From: Eledone cirrhosa
Lineage: Eukaryota
NCBI GenBank assembly: GCA_964016885.1
Contig: OZ024766.1
Coordinates: forward strand, 15,748,001 to 15,812,000
Length of the DNA: 64,000 nucleotides
Reading direction: 5' to 3'
The notes below the pieces were generated by a model, which worked only from the letters and a program-made list of their open reading frames with translations, did no database searches and had not been told where the DNA came from. Shown here in pieces: positions 25,654 to 41,480 of this stretch; the stretch's first letter is position 1; every line of letters starts with the position of its first letter. A program made the translations under genes and the position numbers.

Positions 25654-28600
25654 TGTCATGTTGAATGTTTTTCATGATGTTGTGGTAGGCATATTTCTGG
25701 TCGTCCACCAGTCAAGGTTTATTTTCATTCACAAACTTACGCAACACTTCAATATCATGGTTTGTCTCCTGAAAAACTGATTGTATTACCTCAATTTCTT
25801 CTGGCTCTGGCATCCTGCATTGCTATTCATTGCTGGAATTCAATGGGACAGGTTACACAGAGCTGGATTGTAAATCTTGGAGGTAGATTCCACATATATA
25901 TTGCTATAACGTCTTTGGGCTAGGCGTAGATAGTCGTCTGACATATTGTTTTTGTGCTCCTGCCAGGGAAGATAAGATTTATTCCACATGCTGTGAGTAT
26001 AGTAGCAAACAACTGTCTTATTTAACTGGCTACTCCAGTGACTGCTCCTTCTAGTCCCTTCTTCCAATGTCAGTTGTCATACAGAAGTCCATGGCTGTCT
26101 TATTTAACTGGCTACTCCAGTGACTGCTCCTTCTAGTCTCTTCTTCCAATGTCAGTTGTCATACAGGTGTCCATGGCTGTCTTATTTAACTGGCTACTCC
26201 AGTGACTGCTCCTTCTAGTCCCTTCTTCCAATGTCAGTTGTCATACAGAAGTCCATGGCTGTCTTATTTAACTGGCTACTCCAGTGACTGCTCCTTCTAG
26301 TCTCTTCTTCCAATGTCAGTTGTCATACAGGTGTCCATGGCTGTCTTATTTAATTGGCCACTCCAGTGACTGCTCCCTCTAGTCCCTTCTTCCAATGTCA
26401 GTTGTCATAAAGGAGTCCATGGCTGTCTTATTTAACTGGCTACTCCAGTGACTACTCCTTCTAGTCCCTTTTTCCAATGTCAGTTGTCATACAGGTGTCC
26501 ATGGCTGTCTTATTTAACTGGCTACTCCAGTGACTGCTCCTTCTAGTCCCTTCATCCAATGTCAGTTGTCATACAGGAGTCCATGGCTGTCTTATTTAAC
26601 TGGCTACTCCAGTGACTGCTCCTTCTAGTCCCTTCTTCCCATCTCAGTTGTCATACAGAACTCCATGGCTGTCTTATTTAACTGGATACTCCAGTGACTG
26701 CTCCTTCTAGTCCCTTCTTCCAATATCAGTTGTCATATAGGTGTCCATGGCTGTTATTTAACTGGCTACTCCAGTGACTGCTCCTTCTAGTCCCTTCTTC
26801 CAATGTTAGTTGTCATACAGGTGTCCATGACTGTCTTATTTAACTGGCTACTCCAGTGACTGCTCCTTCTCGTCTATCTTTCCAATGTCAGTTGTCATAC
26901 AGGAGTCCATGGCTGTCTTATTTAACTGGCTATTCCAGTGACTGCTCCTTCTAGTCCCTTCTTCCAATGTCAGTTGACATACAGGTGTCCATGGCTGTCT
27001 TATTTAACTGGCTACTCCAGTGACTGCTCCTTCTAGACCCTTCTTCGAATGTTAGTTGTCATACAGGAGTCCATGACTGTCTTATTTAAGTGGCTACTCC
27101 AGTGACTGCTCCTTCTAGTCCCTTCTGCCAATGTCAGTTGTCATACAGGTGTCCATGGCTGTCTTATTTAACTGGCTACTCCAGTGACTGCTCCTTCTAG
27201 ACCCTTCTTCGAATGTTAGTTGTCATACAGGAGTCCATGACTGTCTTATTTAAGTGGCTACTCCAGTGACTGCTCCTTCTAGTCCCTTCTGCCAATGTCA
27301 GTTGTCATACAGGTGTCCATGGCTGTCTTATTTAACTGGCTACTCCAGTGACTGCTCCTTCTAGTCCCTTCTGCCAATGTCAGTTGTCTTACAGGAGTCC
27401 ATGGCTGTCTTATTTAACTAGCGACTCCAGTGACTGCTCCTTCTAGTCCCTTCTTCCAATATCAGTTGTCATACAGGTGTCCATGGCTGTCTTATTTAAC
27501 TGGCTACACCAGTGACTGCCCCTTCTAGTCCCTTCTTCCAATGTCAGTTGTCATACAGAAGTCCATGGCTGTCTTATTTAACTGGCTACTCCAGTGACTG
27601 CTCCTTCTAGTCTCTTCTTCCAATGTCAGTTGTCATACAGGAGTCCATGGCTGTCTTATTTAACTGGCTACTCCAGTGACTGCTCCTTCTAGTCTCCTCT
27701 TCCAATCTCAGTTGTCATACAGAAGTCCATGGCTGTCTTATTTAACTGGCTACTCCAGTGACTGCTCCTTCTAGTCTCTTCTTCCAATGTCAATTGTCAT
27801 ACAGGAGTCCATAACTGTCTTATTTAACTGGCTACTCCAGTGACTGCTCCTTCTAGTCTCTTCTTCCAATGTCAGTTGTCATACAGGTGTCCATGGCTGT
27901 CTTATTTAACTGGCTACTCCAGTGACTGCCCCTTCTAGTCTCTTCTTCCAATGTCAGTTGTCATACAGGTGTCCATGGCTGTCTTATTTAACTGGCTACT
28001 CCAGTGACTGTCCCTTCTAGTCTCTTCTTCCAATGTCAGTTGTCATACAGGTGTCCATGGCTGTCTTATTTAACTGGCTACTCCAGTGACTGCTCCTTCT
28101 AGTCTCTTCTTCCAATGTCAGTTGTCATACAGGTGTCCATGGCTGTCTTATTTAACTGGCTACTGCAGTGACTGCTCCTTCTAGTCTCTTCTTCCAATGT
28201 CAGTTGTCATACAGGTGTCCATGGCTGTCTTATTTAACTGGCTACTCCAGTGACTGCCCCTTCTAGTCTCTTCTTCCAATGTCAGTTGTCATACAGGTGT
28301 CCATGGCTGTCTTATTTAACTGGCTGCTCCAGTGACTGCTCCTTCTAGTCTCTTCTTCCAATGTCAGTTGTCATACAGGTGTCCATGGCTGTCTTATTTA
28401 ACTGGCTACTCCAGTGACTGCTCCTTCTAGTCTCTTCTTCCAATGTCAGTTGTCATACAGGTGTCCATGGCTGACTTATTTAACTGGCTACTCCAGTGAC
28501 TGCTCCTTCTAGTCCCTTCTTCCAATGTCAGTTGTCATACAGGTGTCCATGGCCATCTTATTTAACTGGCTACTACAGTGACTACTCCCTCTAGTCCCGT

Positions 28601-31600
28601 CTTCCAATGTCAGTTGTCATACAGGATTCCATGGCTGTCTTATTTAACTGGCTACTCCAGTGACTGCTCCTTCTCGTCTCTTCTTCCAATGTCAGTTGTC
28701 ATACAGGTGTCCATGGCTGTCTTATTTAACTGGCTACTCCAGTGACTGCTCCTTCTAGTCTCTTCTTCCAATGTCAGTTGTCATACAGGTGTCCATGGCT
28801 GACTTATTTAACTGGCTACTCCAGTGACTGCTCCTTCTAGTCCCTTCTTCCAATGTCAGTTGTCATACAGGTGTCCATGGCCATCTTATTTAACTGGCTA
28901 CTACAGTGACTACTCCCTCTAGTCCCTTCTTCCAATGTCAGTTGTCATACAGGATTCCATGGCTGTCTTATTTAACATGCTACTCCATTGACTGTTCCTT
29001 CTAGACCCTTTTTCCAATATCAGTTGTCATACAGGTGTCCATGGCTGTCTTATTTAACTGGCTACTCCAGTGACTGTTCCTTCTAGTCCATTTTTCCAAT
29101 ATCAGTTGTCATACAGGTGTCCATGGCTGTCTTATTTAACTGGCTACTACAGTGACTGCTCCTTCTAGTCCCTTCTTCCAATGTCAGTTGTCATACAGGT
29201 GTCCATGGCTGTCTTATTTAACTGGCTACTCCAGTGACTGCTCCTTCTAGTCTCTTCTTCCAATGTCAGTTGTCATACAGGTGTCCATGGCTGTCTTATT
29301 TAATTGGCCACTCCAGTGACTGCTCCCTCTAGTCCCTTCTTCCAATGTCAGTTGTCATACAGGAGTCCATGGCTGTCTTATTTAACTGGCTACTCCAGTG
29401 ACTACTCCTTCTAGTCCCTTTTTCCAATGTCAGTTGTCATACAGGTGTCCATGGCTGTCTTATTTAACTGGCTACTCCAGTGACTGCTCCTTCTAGTCCC
29501 TTCATCCAATGTCAGTTGTCATACAGGAGTCCATGGCTGTCTTATTTAACTGGCTACTCCAGTGACTGCTCCTTCTAGTCCCTTCTTCCCATCTCAGTTG
29601 TCATACAGAACTCCATGGCTGTCTTATTTAACTGGCTACTCCAGTGACTGCTCCTTCTAGTCCCTTCTTCCAATATCAGTTGTCATATAGGTGTCCATGG
29701 CTGTTATTTAACTGGCTACTCCAGTGACTGCTCCTTCTAGTCCCTTCTTCCAATGTTAGTTGTCATACAGGTGTCCATGACTGTCTTATTTAACTGGCTA
29801 CTCCAGTGACTGCTCCTTCTCGTCTATCTTTCCAATGTCAGTTGTCATACAGGAGTCCATGGCTGTCTTATTTAACTGGCTATTCCAGTGACTGCTCCTT
29901 CTAGTCCCTTCTTCCAATGTCAGTTGTCATACAGGTGTCCATGGCTGTCTTATTTAACTGGCTACTCCAGTGACTGCTCCTTCTAGACCCTTCTTCGAAT
30001 GTTAGTTGTCATACAGGAGTCCATGACTGTCTTATTTAAGTGGCTACTCCAGTGACTGCTCCTTCTAGTCCCTTCTGCCAATGTCAGTTGTCATACAGGT
30101 GTCCATGGCTGTCTTATTTAACTGGCTACTCCAGTGACTGCTCCTTCTAGACCCTTCTTCGAATGTTAGTTGTCATACAGGAGTCCATGACTGTCTTATT
30201 TAAGTGGCTACTCCAGTGACTGCTACTTCTAGTCCCTTCTGCCAATGTCAGTTGTCATACAGGTGTCCATGGCTGTCTTATTTAACTGGCTACTCCAGTG
30301 ACTGCTCCTTCTAGTCCCTTCTGCCAATGTCAGTTGTCTTACAGGAGTCCATGGCTGTCTTATTTAACTAGCGACTCCAGTGACTGCTCCTTCTAGTCCC
30401 TTCTTGCAATATCAGTTGTCATACAGGTGTCCATGGCTGTCTTATTTAACTGGCTACTCCAGTGACTGCCCCTTCTAGTCCCTTCTTCCAATGTCAGTTG
30501 TCATACAGAAGTCCATGGCTGTCTTATTTAACTGGCTACTCCAGTGACTGCTCCTTCTAGTCTCTTCTTCCAATGTCAGTTGTCATACAGGAGTCCATGG
30601 CTGTCTTATTTAACTGGCTACTCCAGTGACTGCTCTTTCTAGTCTCCTCTTCCAATCTCAGTTGTCATACAGAAGTCCATGGCTGTCTTATTTAACTGGC
30701 TACTCCAGTGACTGCTCCTTCTAGTCTCTTCTTCCAATGTCAATTGTCATACAGGAGTCCATAACTGTCTTATTTAACTGGCTACTCCAGTGACTGCTCC
30801 TTCTAGTCTCTTCTTCCAATGTCAGTTGTCATACAGGTGTCCATGGCTGTCTTATTTAACTGGCTACTCCAGTGACTGCCCCTTCTAGTCTCTTCTTCCA
30901 ATGTCAGTTGTCATACAGGTGTCCATGGCTGTCTTATTTAACTGGCTACTCCAGTGACTGCCCCTTCTAGTCCCTTCTTCCAATGTCAGTTGTCATACAG
31001 AAGTCCATGGCTGTCTTATTTAACTGGCTACTCCAGTGACTGCTCCTTCTAGTCTCTTCTTCCAATGTCAGTTGTCATACAGGAGTCCATGGCTGTCTTA
31101 TTTAACTGGCTACTCCAGTGACTGCTCCTTCTAGTCTCCTCTTCCAATCTCAGTTGTCATACAGAAGTCCATGGCTGTCTTATTTAACTGGCTACTCCAG
31201 TGACTGCTCCTTCTAGTCTCTTCTTCCAATGTCAATTGTCATACAGGAGTCCATAACTGTCTTATTTAACTGGCTACTCCAGTGACTGCTCCTTCTAGTC
31301 TCTTCTTCCAATGTCAGTTGTCATACAGGTGTCCATGGCTGTCTTATTTAACTGGCTACTCCAGTGACTGCCCCTTCTAGTCTCTTCTTCCAATGTCAGT
31401 TGTCATACAGGTGTCCATGGCTGTCTTATTTAACTGGCTACTCCAGTGACTGCCCCTTCTAGTCTCTTCTTCCAATGTCAGTTGTCATACAGGTGTCCAT
31501 GGCTGTCTTATTTAACTGGCTACTCCAGTGACTGCTCCTTCTAGTCTCTTCTTCCAATGTCAGTTGTCATACAGGTGTCCATGGCTGTCTTATTTAACTG

Positions 31601-34600
31601 GCTACTCCAGTGACTGCCCCTTCTAGTCCCTTCTTCCAATGTCAGTTGTCATACAGGAGTCCATGGCTGTCTTATTTAACTGGCTACTCCAGTGACTGCT
31701 CCTTCTAGTCTCTTCTTCCAATGTCAGTTGTCATACAGGAGTCCATGGCTGTCTTATTTAACTGGCTACTCCAGTGACTGCTCCTTCTAGTCTCCTCTTC
31801 CAATCTCAGTTGTCATACAGAAGTCCATGGCTGTCTTATTTAACTGGCTACTCCAGTGACTGCTCCTTCTAGTCTCTTCTTCCAATGTCAATTGTCATAC
31901 AGGAGTCCATAACTGTCTTATTTAACTGGCTACTCCAGTGACTGCTCCTTCTAGTCTCTTCTTCCAATGTCAGTTGTCATACAGGTGTCCATGGCTGTCT
32001 TATTTAACTGGCTACTCCAGTGACTGCCCCTTCTAGTCTCTTCTTCCAATGTCAGTTGTCATACAGGTGTCCATGGCTGTCTTATTTAACTGGCTACTCC
32101 AGTGACTGCCCCTTCTAGTCTCTTCTTCCAATGTCAGTTGTCATACAGGTGTCCATGGCTGTCTTATTTAACTGGCTACTCCAGTGACTGCTCCTTCTAG
32201 TCTCTTCTTCCAATGTCAGTTGTCATACAGGTGTCCATGGCTGTCTTATTTAACTGGCTACTCCAGTGACTGCTCCTTCTAGTCTCTTCTTCCAATGTCA
32301 GTTGTCATACAGGTGTCCATGGCTGTCTTATTTAACTGGCTACTCCAGTGACTGCCCCTTCTAGTCTCTTCTTCCAATGTCAGTTGTCATACAGGTGTCC
32401 ATGGCTGTCTTATTTAACTGGCTGCTCCAGTGACTGCTCCTTCTAGTCTCTTCTTCCAATGTCAGTTGTCATACAGGTGTCCATGGCTGTCTTATTTAAA
32501 TGGCTACTCCAGTGACTGCTCCTTCTAGTCTCTTCTTCCAATGTCAGTTGTCATACAGGTGTCCATGGCTGACTTATTTAACTGGCTACTCCAGTGACTG
32601 CTCCTTCTAGTCCCTTCTTCCAATGTCAGTTGTCATACAGGTGTCGATGGCCATCTTATTTAACTGGCTACTACAGTGACTACTCCCTCTAGTCCCGTCT
32701 TCCAATGTCAGTTGTCATACAGGATTCCATGGCTGTCTTATTTAACTGGCTACTCCAGTGACTGCTCCTTCTCGTCTCTTCTTCCAATGTCAGTTGTCAT
32801 ACAGGTGTCCATGGCTGTCTTATTTAACTGGCTACTCCAGTGACTGCTCCTTCTAGTCTCTTCTTCCAATGTCAGTTGTCATACAGGTGTCCATGGCTGA
32901 CTTATTTAACTGGCTACTCCAGTGACTGCTCCTTCTAGTCCCTTCTTCCAATGTCAGTTGTCACACAGGTGTCCATGGCCATCTTATTTAACTGGCTACT
33001 ACAGTGACTACTCCCTCTAGTCCCTTCTTCCAATGTCAGTTGTCATACAGGATTCCATGGCTGTCTTATTTAACTGGCTACTCCAGTGACTGTTCCTTCT
33101 AGTCCCTTTTTCCAATATCAGTTGTCATACAGGTGTCCATGGCTGTCTTATTTAACTGGCTACTCCAGTGACTGTTCCTTCTAGTCCATTTTTCCAATAT
33201 CAGTTGTCATACAGGTGTCCATGGCTGTCTTATTTAACTGGCTACTACAGTGACTGCTCCTTCTAGTCCCTTCTTCCAATGTCAGTTGTCATACAGGTGT
33301 CCATGGCTGTCTTATTTAACTGGCTACTCCAGTGACTGCTCCTTCTAGTCTCTTCTTCCAATGTCAGTTGTCATACAGGTGTCCATGGCTGTCTTATTTA
33401 ATTGGCCACTCCAGTGACTGCTCCCTCTAGTCCCTTCTTCCAATGTCAGTTGTCATACAGGAGTCCATGGCTGTCTTATTTAACTGGCTACTCCAGTGAC
33501 TACTCCTTCTAGTCCCTTTTTCCAATGTCAGTTGTCATACAGGTGTCCATGGCTGTCTTATTTAACTGGCTACTCCAGTGACTGCTCCTTCTAGTCCCTT
33601 CTTCCAATGTTAGTTGTCATACAGGTGTCCATGACTGTCTTATTTAACTGGCTACTCCAGTGACTACTCCTTCTAGTCCCTTCTTCCAATGTCAGTTGTC
33701 TTACAGGAGTCCATGGCTGTCTTATTTAACTAGCTACTCCAGTGACTGCTCCTTCTAGTCCCTTCTTCCAATGTCAGTTGTCATACAGGAGTCCATGGCT
33801 GTCTTATTTAACTGGCAACTCCAGTGACTGCTCCTTCTAGTCCCTTCATCCAATGTCAGTTGTCATACAGGAGTCCATGGCTGTCTTATTTAACTGGCTA
33901 CTCCAGTGACTGCTCCTTCTAGTCCCTTCTTCCCATCTCAGTTGTCATACAGAACTCCATGGCTGTCTTATTTAACTGGCTACTCCAGTGACTGCTCCTT
34001 CTAGTCCCTTCTTCCAATATCAGTTGTCATATAGGTGTCCATGGCTGTTATTTAACTGGCTACTCCAGTGACTGCTACTTCTAGTCCCTTCTTCCAATGT
34101 TAGTTGTCATACAGGTGTCCATGACTGTCTTATTTAACTGGCTACTCCAGTGACTGCTCCTTCTCGTCTATCTTTCCAATGTCAGTTGTCATACAGGAGT
34201 CCATGGCTGTCTTATTTAACTGGCTATTCCAGTGACTGCTCCTTCTAGTCCCTTCTTCCAATGTCAGTTGTCATACAGGTGTCCATGGCTGTCTTATTTA
34301 ACTGGCTACTCCAGTGACTGCTCCTTCTAGACCCTTCTTCGAATGTTAGTTGTCATACAGGAGTCCATGACTGTCTTATTTAAGTGGCTACTCCAGTGAC
34401 TGCTCCTTCTAGTCCCTTCTGCGAATGTCAGTTGTCATACAGGTGTCCATGGCTGTCTTATTTAACTGGCTACTCCAGTGACTGCTCCTTCTAGACCCTT
34501 CTTCGAATGTTAGTTGTCATACAGGAGTCCATGACTGTCTTATTTAAGTGGCTACTCCAGTGACTGCTCCTTCTAGTCCCTTCTGCCAATGTCAGTTGTC

Positions 34601-36572
34601 ATACAGGTGTCCATGGCTGTCTTATTTAACTGGCTACTCCAGTGACTGCTCCTTCTAGTCCCTTCTGCCAATGTCAGTTGTCTTACAGGAGTCCATGGCT
34701 GTCTTATTTAACTGGCTACTCCAGTGACTGCTCCTTCTAGTCTCTTCTTCCAATGTCAGTTGTCATACAGGAGTCCATGGCTGTCTTATTTAACTGGCTA
34801 CTCCAGTGACTGCTCCTTCTAGTCTCCTCTTCCAATCTCAGTTGTCATACAGAAGTCCATGGCTGTCTTATTTAACTGGCTACTCCAGTGACTGCCCCTT
34901 CTAGTCTCTTCTTCCAATGTCAGTTGTCATACAGGTGTCCATGGCTGACTTATTTAACTGGCTACTCCAGTGACTGCCCCTTCTAGTCTCTTCTTCCAAT
35001 GTCAGTTGTCATACAGGTGTCCATGGCTGTCTTATTTAACTGGCTACTCCAGTGACTGCTCCTTCTAGTCTCTTCTTCCAATGTCAGTTGTCATACAGGT
35101 GTCCATGGCTGTCTTATTTAACTGGCTACTCCAGTGACTGCTCCTTCTAGTCTCTTCTTCCAATGTCAGTTGTCATACAGGTGTCCATGGCTGTCTTATT
35201 TAACTGGCTACTCCAGTGACTGCCCCTTCTAGTCTCTTCTTCCAATGTCAGTTGTCATACAGGTGTCCATGGCTGTCTTATTTAACTGGCTACTCCAGTG
35301 ACTGCTCCTTCTAATCTCTTCTTCCAATGTCAGTTGTCATACAGGTGTCCATGGCTGTCTTATTTAACTGGATACTCCAGTGACTGCTCCTTCTAGTCTC
35401 TTCTTCCAATGTCAGTTGTCATACAGGTGTCCATGGCTGTCTTATTTAACTGGCTGCTCCAGTGACTGCTCCTTCTAGTCTCTTCTTCCAATGTCAGTTG
35501 TCATACAGGTGTCCATGGCTGTCTTATTTAACTGGCTACTCCAGTGACTGTTCCTTCTAGTCTCTTCTTCCAATGTCAGTTGTCATACAGGTGTCCATGG
35601 CTGACTTATTTAACTGGCTACTCCAGTGACTGCTCCTTCTAGTCCCTTCTTCCAATGTCAGTTGTCATACAGGTGTCCATGGCCATCTTATTTAACTGGC
35701 TACTACAGTGACTACTCCCTCTAGTCCCGTCTTCCAATGTCAGTTGTCATACAGGATTCCATGGCTGTCTTATTTAACTGGCTACTCCAGTGACTGCTCC
35801 TTCTCGTCTCTTCTTCCAATGTCAGTTGTCATACAGGTGTCCATGGCTGTCTTATTTAACTGGCTACTACAGTGACTGCTCCTTCTAGTCCCTTCTTCCA
35901 ATGTCAGTTGTCATACAGGTGTCCATGGCTGTCTTATTTAACTGGCTACTCCAGTGACTGCTCCTTCTAGTTTCTTCTTCCAATGTCAGTTGTCATACAG
36001 GTGTCCATGGCTGTCTTATTTAACTGGCTGTTCCAGTGACTGCTCCCTCTAGTCCCTTCTTCCAATGTCAGTTGTCATACAGGAGTCCATGGCTGTCTTA
36101 TTTAACTGGCTACTCCAGTGACTGCCCCTTCTTGTCTCTTCTTCCAATGTCAATTGCCATGCAGGAGTTGATGTTCTTTAAATGCTTCTTGATATGTGCT
36201 GCACTCTTCCTCCAAATCACCTGAGATCCCCAAATGACGTTGGTCCTTGAACAATATGCAGAAGTGGTTGTAAATAAAAACTCTCTCTGTTTTTGGGGTG
36301 GTCATTGTAAAAATGCCCAATAGCATCACTTGCCTTGACTTCATCACCTTCCACTAAATGACCCTGCTTCCTTTGATTCCAAGTCTTACAATAGGTCCAG
36401 GTGTAGTATTTTGGGATGTCAGCATATAGGAGGGATCGAACAAATTCTTTATTCTGGCAGAGTTTCAAAAAAGCAGTTAGAGTAGTGTTAGGTGGTGCTG
36501 GTGTCAACTGATGAGCAGTGGTTTCAGTGAAGTACACACCCTGTCCATTTTCTATATGTATAGAGATAAGGA
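25654..36572 (-). mobile_element. Helitron RepHel fragment split by the 10-kb satellite (25654-26012 and 36150-36572)
   Basis: Homologous to 9029-9387 and 9940-10360. Confidence 0.85.
26013..36167. repeat. 82-bp satellite array 3 (~124 copies) with higher-order block duplications
   Basis: 82-bp period; rare variant CGTCTATCTTTCC recurs at 26871, 29821, 34165. Confidence 0.97.
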
Positions 36573-39500
36573 TGAAAAGCAAAGTTAATCTCTCAGAGGT
36601 TAGCTTTGCCTTTCATCCCTACGGGGTCGGTAAAGTAAAGTACCAGTAATGTCCTTGGGTATTGCTGGCCTTGTGCCTAATGTAGAAACAATTATTACAG
36701 GGTCGATAAAATAAAGTACCAGTAATATACTAGGGTAATTGCTGGCCTTGTGCCAAAAGTAGAAACAATTATCACATTTCTTTATAATAAATCACATCAC
36801 TATAGAATTAAATACGACTGGAAATGTGTGTGAAGGTACGAAATTATGTCAGGGACTTTTCACGTTTGACACCGAACGAGAGTCGAAACATTCGCTAAGA
36901 CACCGAGTACCTGCTGTCTTCGTTATAACTTTAATTAATCTAATTATATCTTGTGTAACAATTATATATATATACACACACAATTTTAATTCCCCGACAT
37001 CAGTCTTACACTGTCATATATATTCTTACTTTACAATTGTGTCTACTAAGAGTTCCATTACAATCTGTAGTAGTAAAACTACTATTTCACCAGAACATCT
37101 GCTCTCAGTCATTTATAGACAATATATATATTTTAGACCACATATCAACCTAATATATATATATTTCCTATCTAATCTGTAGCTAAAGTCAGCCTCACTA
37201 CTTCATTCTGACAAGATATCAATTCATGACTAAAGATGAAGAAGATACACCAACGTTAATGTCGTGAAATAAAGCTGATAACATTGAAACTTCTAATTTG
37301 ATAACAAAGAGATTATTTCTTTGGTTGTTTAGTAACAAGTAACAACACAACACATTGATTATATGTGAAGGAGGTAAGTTGACAAAGATTTACTTAATGT
37401 CTATATTAATGTGTGTAAATAATATAATTATGTGACCCCTACAACGATTCAGTAATTAACCAGATTCCACTGTTACATGTGATATAAAATATATTGTTAT
37501 CATGACTGTCTTTATTATTTAAATTACCTCCGTCTATTTAATTATATTGTTCACTACCTTACATTATAAAATATAGTTTATATTTAGCTGTACCTTGTTG
37601 TTGCTTTAAGTAAGCTAAAGATATCTTTATTATTTAAATTACCTCCGTCTATTTAATTATCTTGTTCACTACCTTACATTATAAAATATAGTTTATATTT
37701 AGCTGTACCTTCTCATTGCTTTAAGTAAGTTAAAGATATTTTTATTATCTAAATTACCTCCGTCTATTTAATTATGTGGTTCACTACCTTACATTATAAA
37801 ATATAGTTTATATTTAGCTGTACCTTGTTATTGCTTTAAGTAAATTAAAGATATCTTTATTATTTAAATTACCTCCGTCTATTTAATTATCTTTTTCACT
37901 ACCTTACATTATAAAATATAGTTTATATTTAGCTGTACCTTGTTATTGCTTTAAGTAAATTAAAGATATCTTTATTATTTAAATTACCTCCGTCTATTTA
38001 TTTATCTTGTTCACTACCTTACGTTATAAAATATAGTTTATATTTAGCTGTACCTTGTCATTGCTTTAAGTAAATTAAAGATATATTTATTATTTAAATT
38101 ACCTCCGTCTATTTAATTATGTGGTTCACTACCTTACATTATAAAATATATTTTATATTCAGCTGTACCTTGTTATTGCTTTAAGTAAATTAATATTTTG
38201 TCTATTTTAGTCTAAATCTCTTACAATTTAATTAACTTCATCTACTTATGGTTGAACATTACTTTATTGTGGGTTTCATTTCATTATAATTATGTCTGAT
38301 TAGCCAGCCAAGTAGGGGTTGAGTATCTGTATTTCAGGGAACTGCTTTGATGGTGAAGGGTCATCTGTTGGTGTGGGATCTCGGTGGCTGTACATAATAA
38401 GGTTCTAATACTCTAAAGAGCTAGCTGAATAACCGTCTGATACATGTCTTGTATACAGGATCATAAAGCCATGTATAGAAGAGCAGTCAGCAATGTCAGG
38501 ATTTACATTCATTATAGTGAAGTGGCAGTATCGGTAGAGAGTCGGACACCATGCTTTGAAGCACAGAGTTACGTCCCTTTATGATCTGAGTTCAAATCCC
38601 GCCGAGGTTAACTTTGACTTACATCCATACGGGGTTGATAAAATAAAGTACCAGTAATGTACTGGTTAATTGCTGGCCTTGTGTTTAAAATAGAAACAAT
38701 TATAGTGAATAATTTGGAGTGTAGTCTGGTGTCCACCAGGGCTCTGTTCTTAGCCCTCACTTAGTTATTATCGTCCTGCAGCCTATAACAGAGATGTTTA
38801 AGACTGGCTGCCCATGGGAACTCCTGTATGCACAGCAGGTCCTGAAGAATGCGATCATATGCATTTTCAAGGTCTATAAAACGATAATATATACCTCTTA
38901 GCAATAGTCCCACGATTTCTCAAAGACCTGCCACAGTGTGAATATTTGGTGGGTTATGTTGCACCCAGGGAGCAAACAGCACTGTCCATCAGCTAGCTCT
39001 GACTCGCTACATCACTTTGCCAGAAATTTAGCATATAATTTACCAGGGAGTCTTAACAAGGTGATCCCTCTCTATTTGGAACAATCTCTCGTGTCTCCCT
39101 TTTTATAAATTGGGATTATCACTCCCGATTGCCTTTGCTTGAGTGCCATTTCAGAGACCCAGGCCATCTGACACACATGAGTCCGTCATATTTGAGCTCT
39201 TTAATTGCTCTTGTGACCTCAGCCTCCGAGAGATTAGTCACCGCTACCAGATTCACCTCATGTACATCCGAAGATGCTGTTGTGATCGGGTTTGGGAGAT
39301 CAGCAAAGTATTCTCTCCACCTCATGAGGATCCATCTCTCTGAAGAGAAGAGAATCCCAGATGCACTCATGGTTGCAGGTGTGGAGAAAGATTTCTTGTA
39401 ACTAATTAAAAACTAAAATAATTTGATTTTTCAATAAAAAGTTTCTAGGGTTTATAGATGTAAAATTTCCACTTTTAAATCTATCTCTGCTTCTTAAGTA

Positions 39501-39917
39501 TTCTCTATTATCTCATACTGTTTCTTTTTCATTTCAGAATATCAGATGACATTAGGATAAATTATTATTTTCAATCTTGGATACATCACCTCTATTTATC
39601 ATCATTTGAAGATTAACACTTTTTAAACAGAACTTATATAACACTGTTTATATAAATCTATCAGAATTACTGTGATATATTTCCTCAGAACTGAGTTTAA
39701 AGACAAAATTCCTTTTCTTCACTGTGTGGTATATATATGAGAGATATATTTTGTATTTTAACTCAGCTTCAATGACAAAGAAGTTTGCATCATCTTCAGG
39801 TATTAACTGAGATCATAATTGAGGGAAATATAACAGAAGAAATATTTTTTAGGAATATAATATAAAAAATATTAAAGAATAAAATCTGTAAATTCTGCCA
39901 AGGGAAGAAGAATTATT

Positions 39918-41117
39918 ATGGAAAATATATTGAGTGAAAAGAAGATTAAATGTGAAACAATGTCTAAAGATATGGCTATTACAGAAGAGATGTCAAAGGA
40001 TAGAGGAGAGAAGCCATATCACTGTGATATCTGTGGTATATCATTCTCTCTAAGTTGTATATTAACTTGTCACATACGTACCCATACATGTAACAAACCA
40101 TATCACTGTGATATCTGTGGTAAATCATTCTTTGTGAGAAGAAATTTAACTAATCACATACGTACCCATACAGGAGAGAAGCCATATAACTGTGATATCT
40201 GTGGTAAATCATTCTCTCAAAGTAGTATATTAACTAACCACATACGTATACATACAGGTGAGAAGCCATATCACTGTGATATCTGTGGTAAATCATTCTC
40301 TCTAAGTAATACATTAACTTGTCACATACGTACCCATACATGTAACAAACCATATCACTGTGATATCTGTGGTAAATCATTCTCTTTTAGGAGTAATTTA
40401 ACTAATCACAAACGTATACATACAGGAGAGAAGCCATATCATTGTGATATCTGTGGTAAATTGTTCTCAACAAGTGGTACATTAACTTCTCACATACGTA
40501 CTCATACAGGAGACAAGCCTTATCACTGTGATATCTGTGGTAAATCATTCAATAGTAGTAGTACCTTAACTATCCACAAACGTACCCATACAGGAGACAA
40601 GCCATATCACTGTGATATATGTAGTAAATCATTCTCTGATAGTAGTACCTTAACTAGCCACAAACGTACCCATACAGGAGACAAGCCATATCACTGTGAT
40701 ATCTGTGGAAAATCATTCTTTGTTACTGGTAATTTAACTAGCCACAAACGTATACATACAGGAGACAAGCCATATCACTGTGATATCTGTGGGAAATCAT
40801 TCTCTCAAAGTGGTACCTTAACTAGCCACAAACGTATACATACAGGAGAGAAGCCATATCACTGTGATATCTGTGGTAAATCATTCTCTGTAAGTAGTGC
40901 CTTACCTAGACACAAACGTACTCATACAGGAGACACGCCATACCACTGTGATATCTGTGGGAAATCATTCTCTCGAAGTAGTCACTTAACTAGACACAAA
41001 CATATACATACAGGAGACAAACCATATCACTGTGATATCTGTGGTAAATCATTCAATAAAAGTAGTCACTTAACTGCACACATGCGTATACATACAGGTG
41101 ACAAACCATATCACTGA
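39918..41117 (+). CDS. C2H2 zinc-finger protein 3, 399 aa, 13 fingers, truncated by a 2-bp deletion
   Basis: CACTGTGATATC shortened to CACTGATATC, creating TGA at 41115-41117; finger sequence continues downstream. Confidence 0.85.
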   Translation: MENILSEKKIKCETMSKDMAITEEMSKDRGEKPYHCDICGISFSLSCILTCHIRTHTCNKPYHCDICGKSFFVRRNLTNHIRTHTGEKPYNCDICGKSFSQSSILTNHIRIHTGEKPYHCDICGKSFSLSNTLTCHIRTHTCNKPYHCDICGKSFSFRSNLTNHKRIHTGEKPYHCDICGKLFSTSGTLTSHIRTHTGDKPYHCDICGKSFNSSSTLTIHKRTHTGDKPYHCDICSKSFSDSSTLTSHKRTHTGDKPYHCDICGKSFFVTGNLTSHKRIHTGDKPYHCDICGKSFSQSGTLTSHKRIHTGEKPYHCDICGKSFSVSSALPRHKRTHTGDTPYHCDICGKSFSRSSHLTRHKHIHTGDKPYHCDICGKSFNKSSHLTAHMRIHTGDKPYH

Positions 41118-41480
<363 letters not shown>

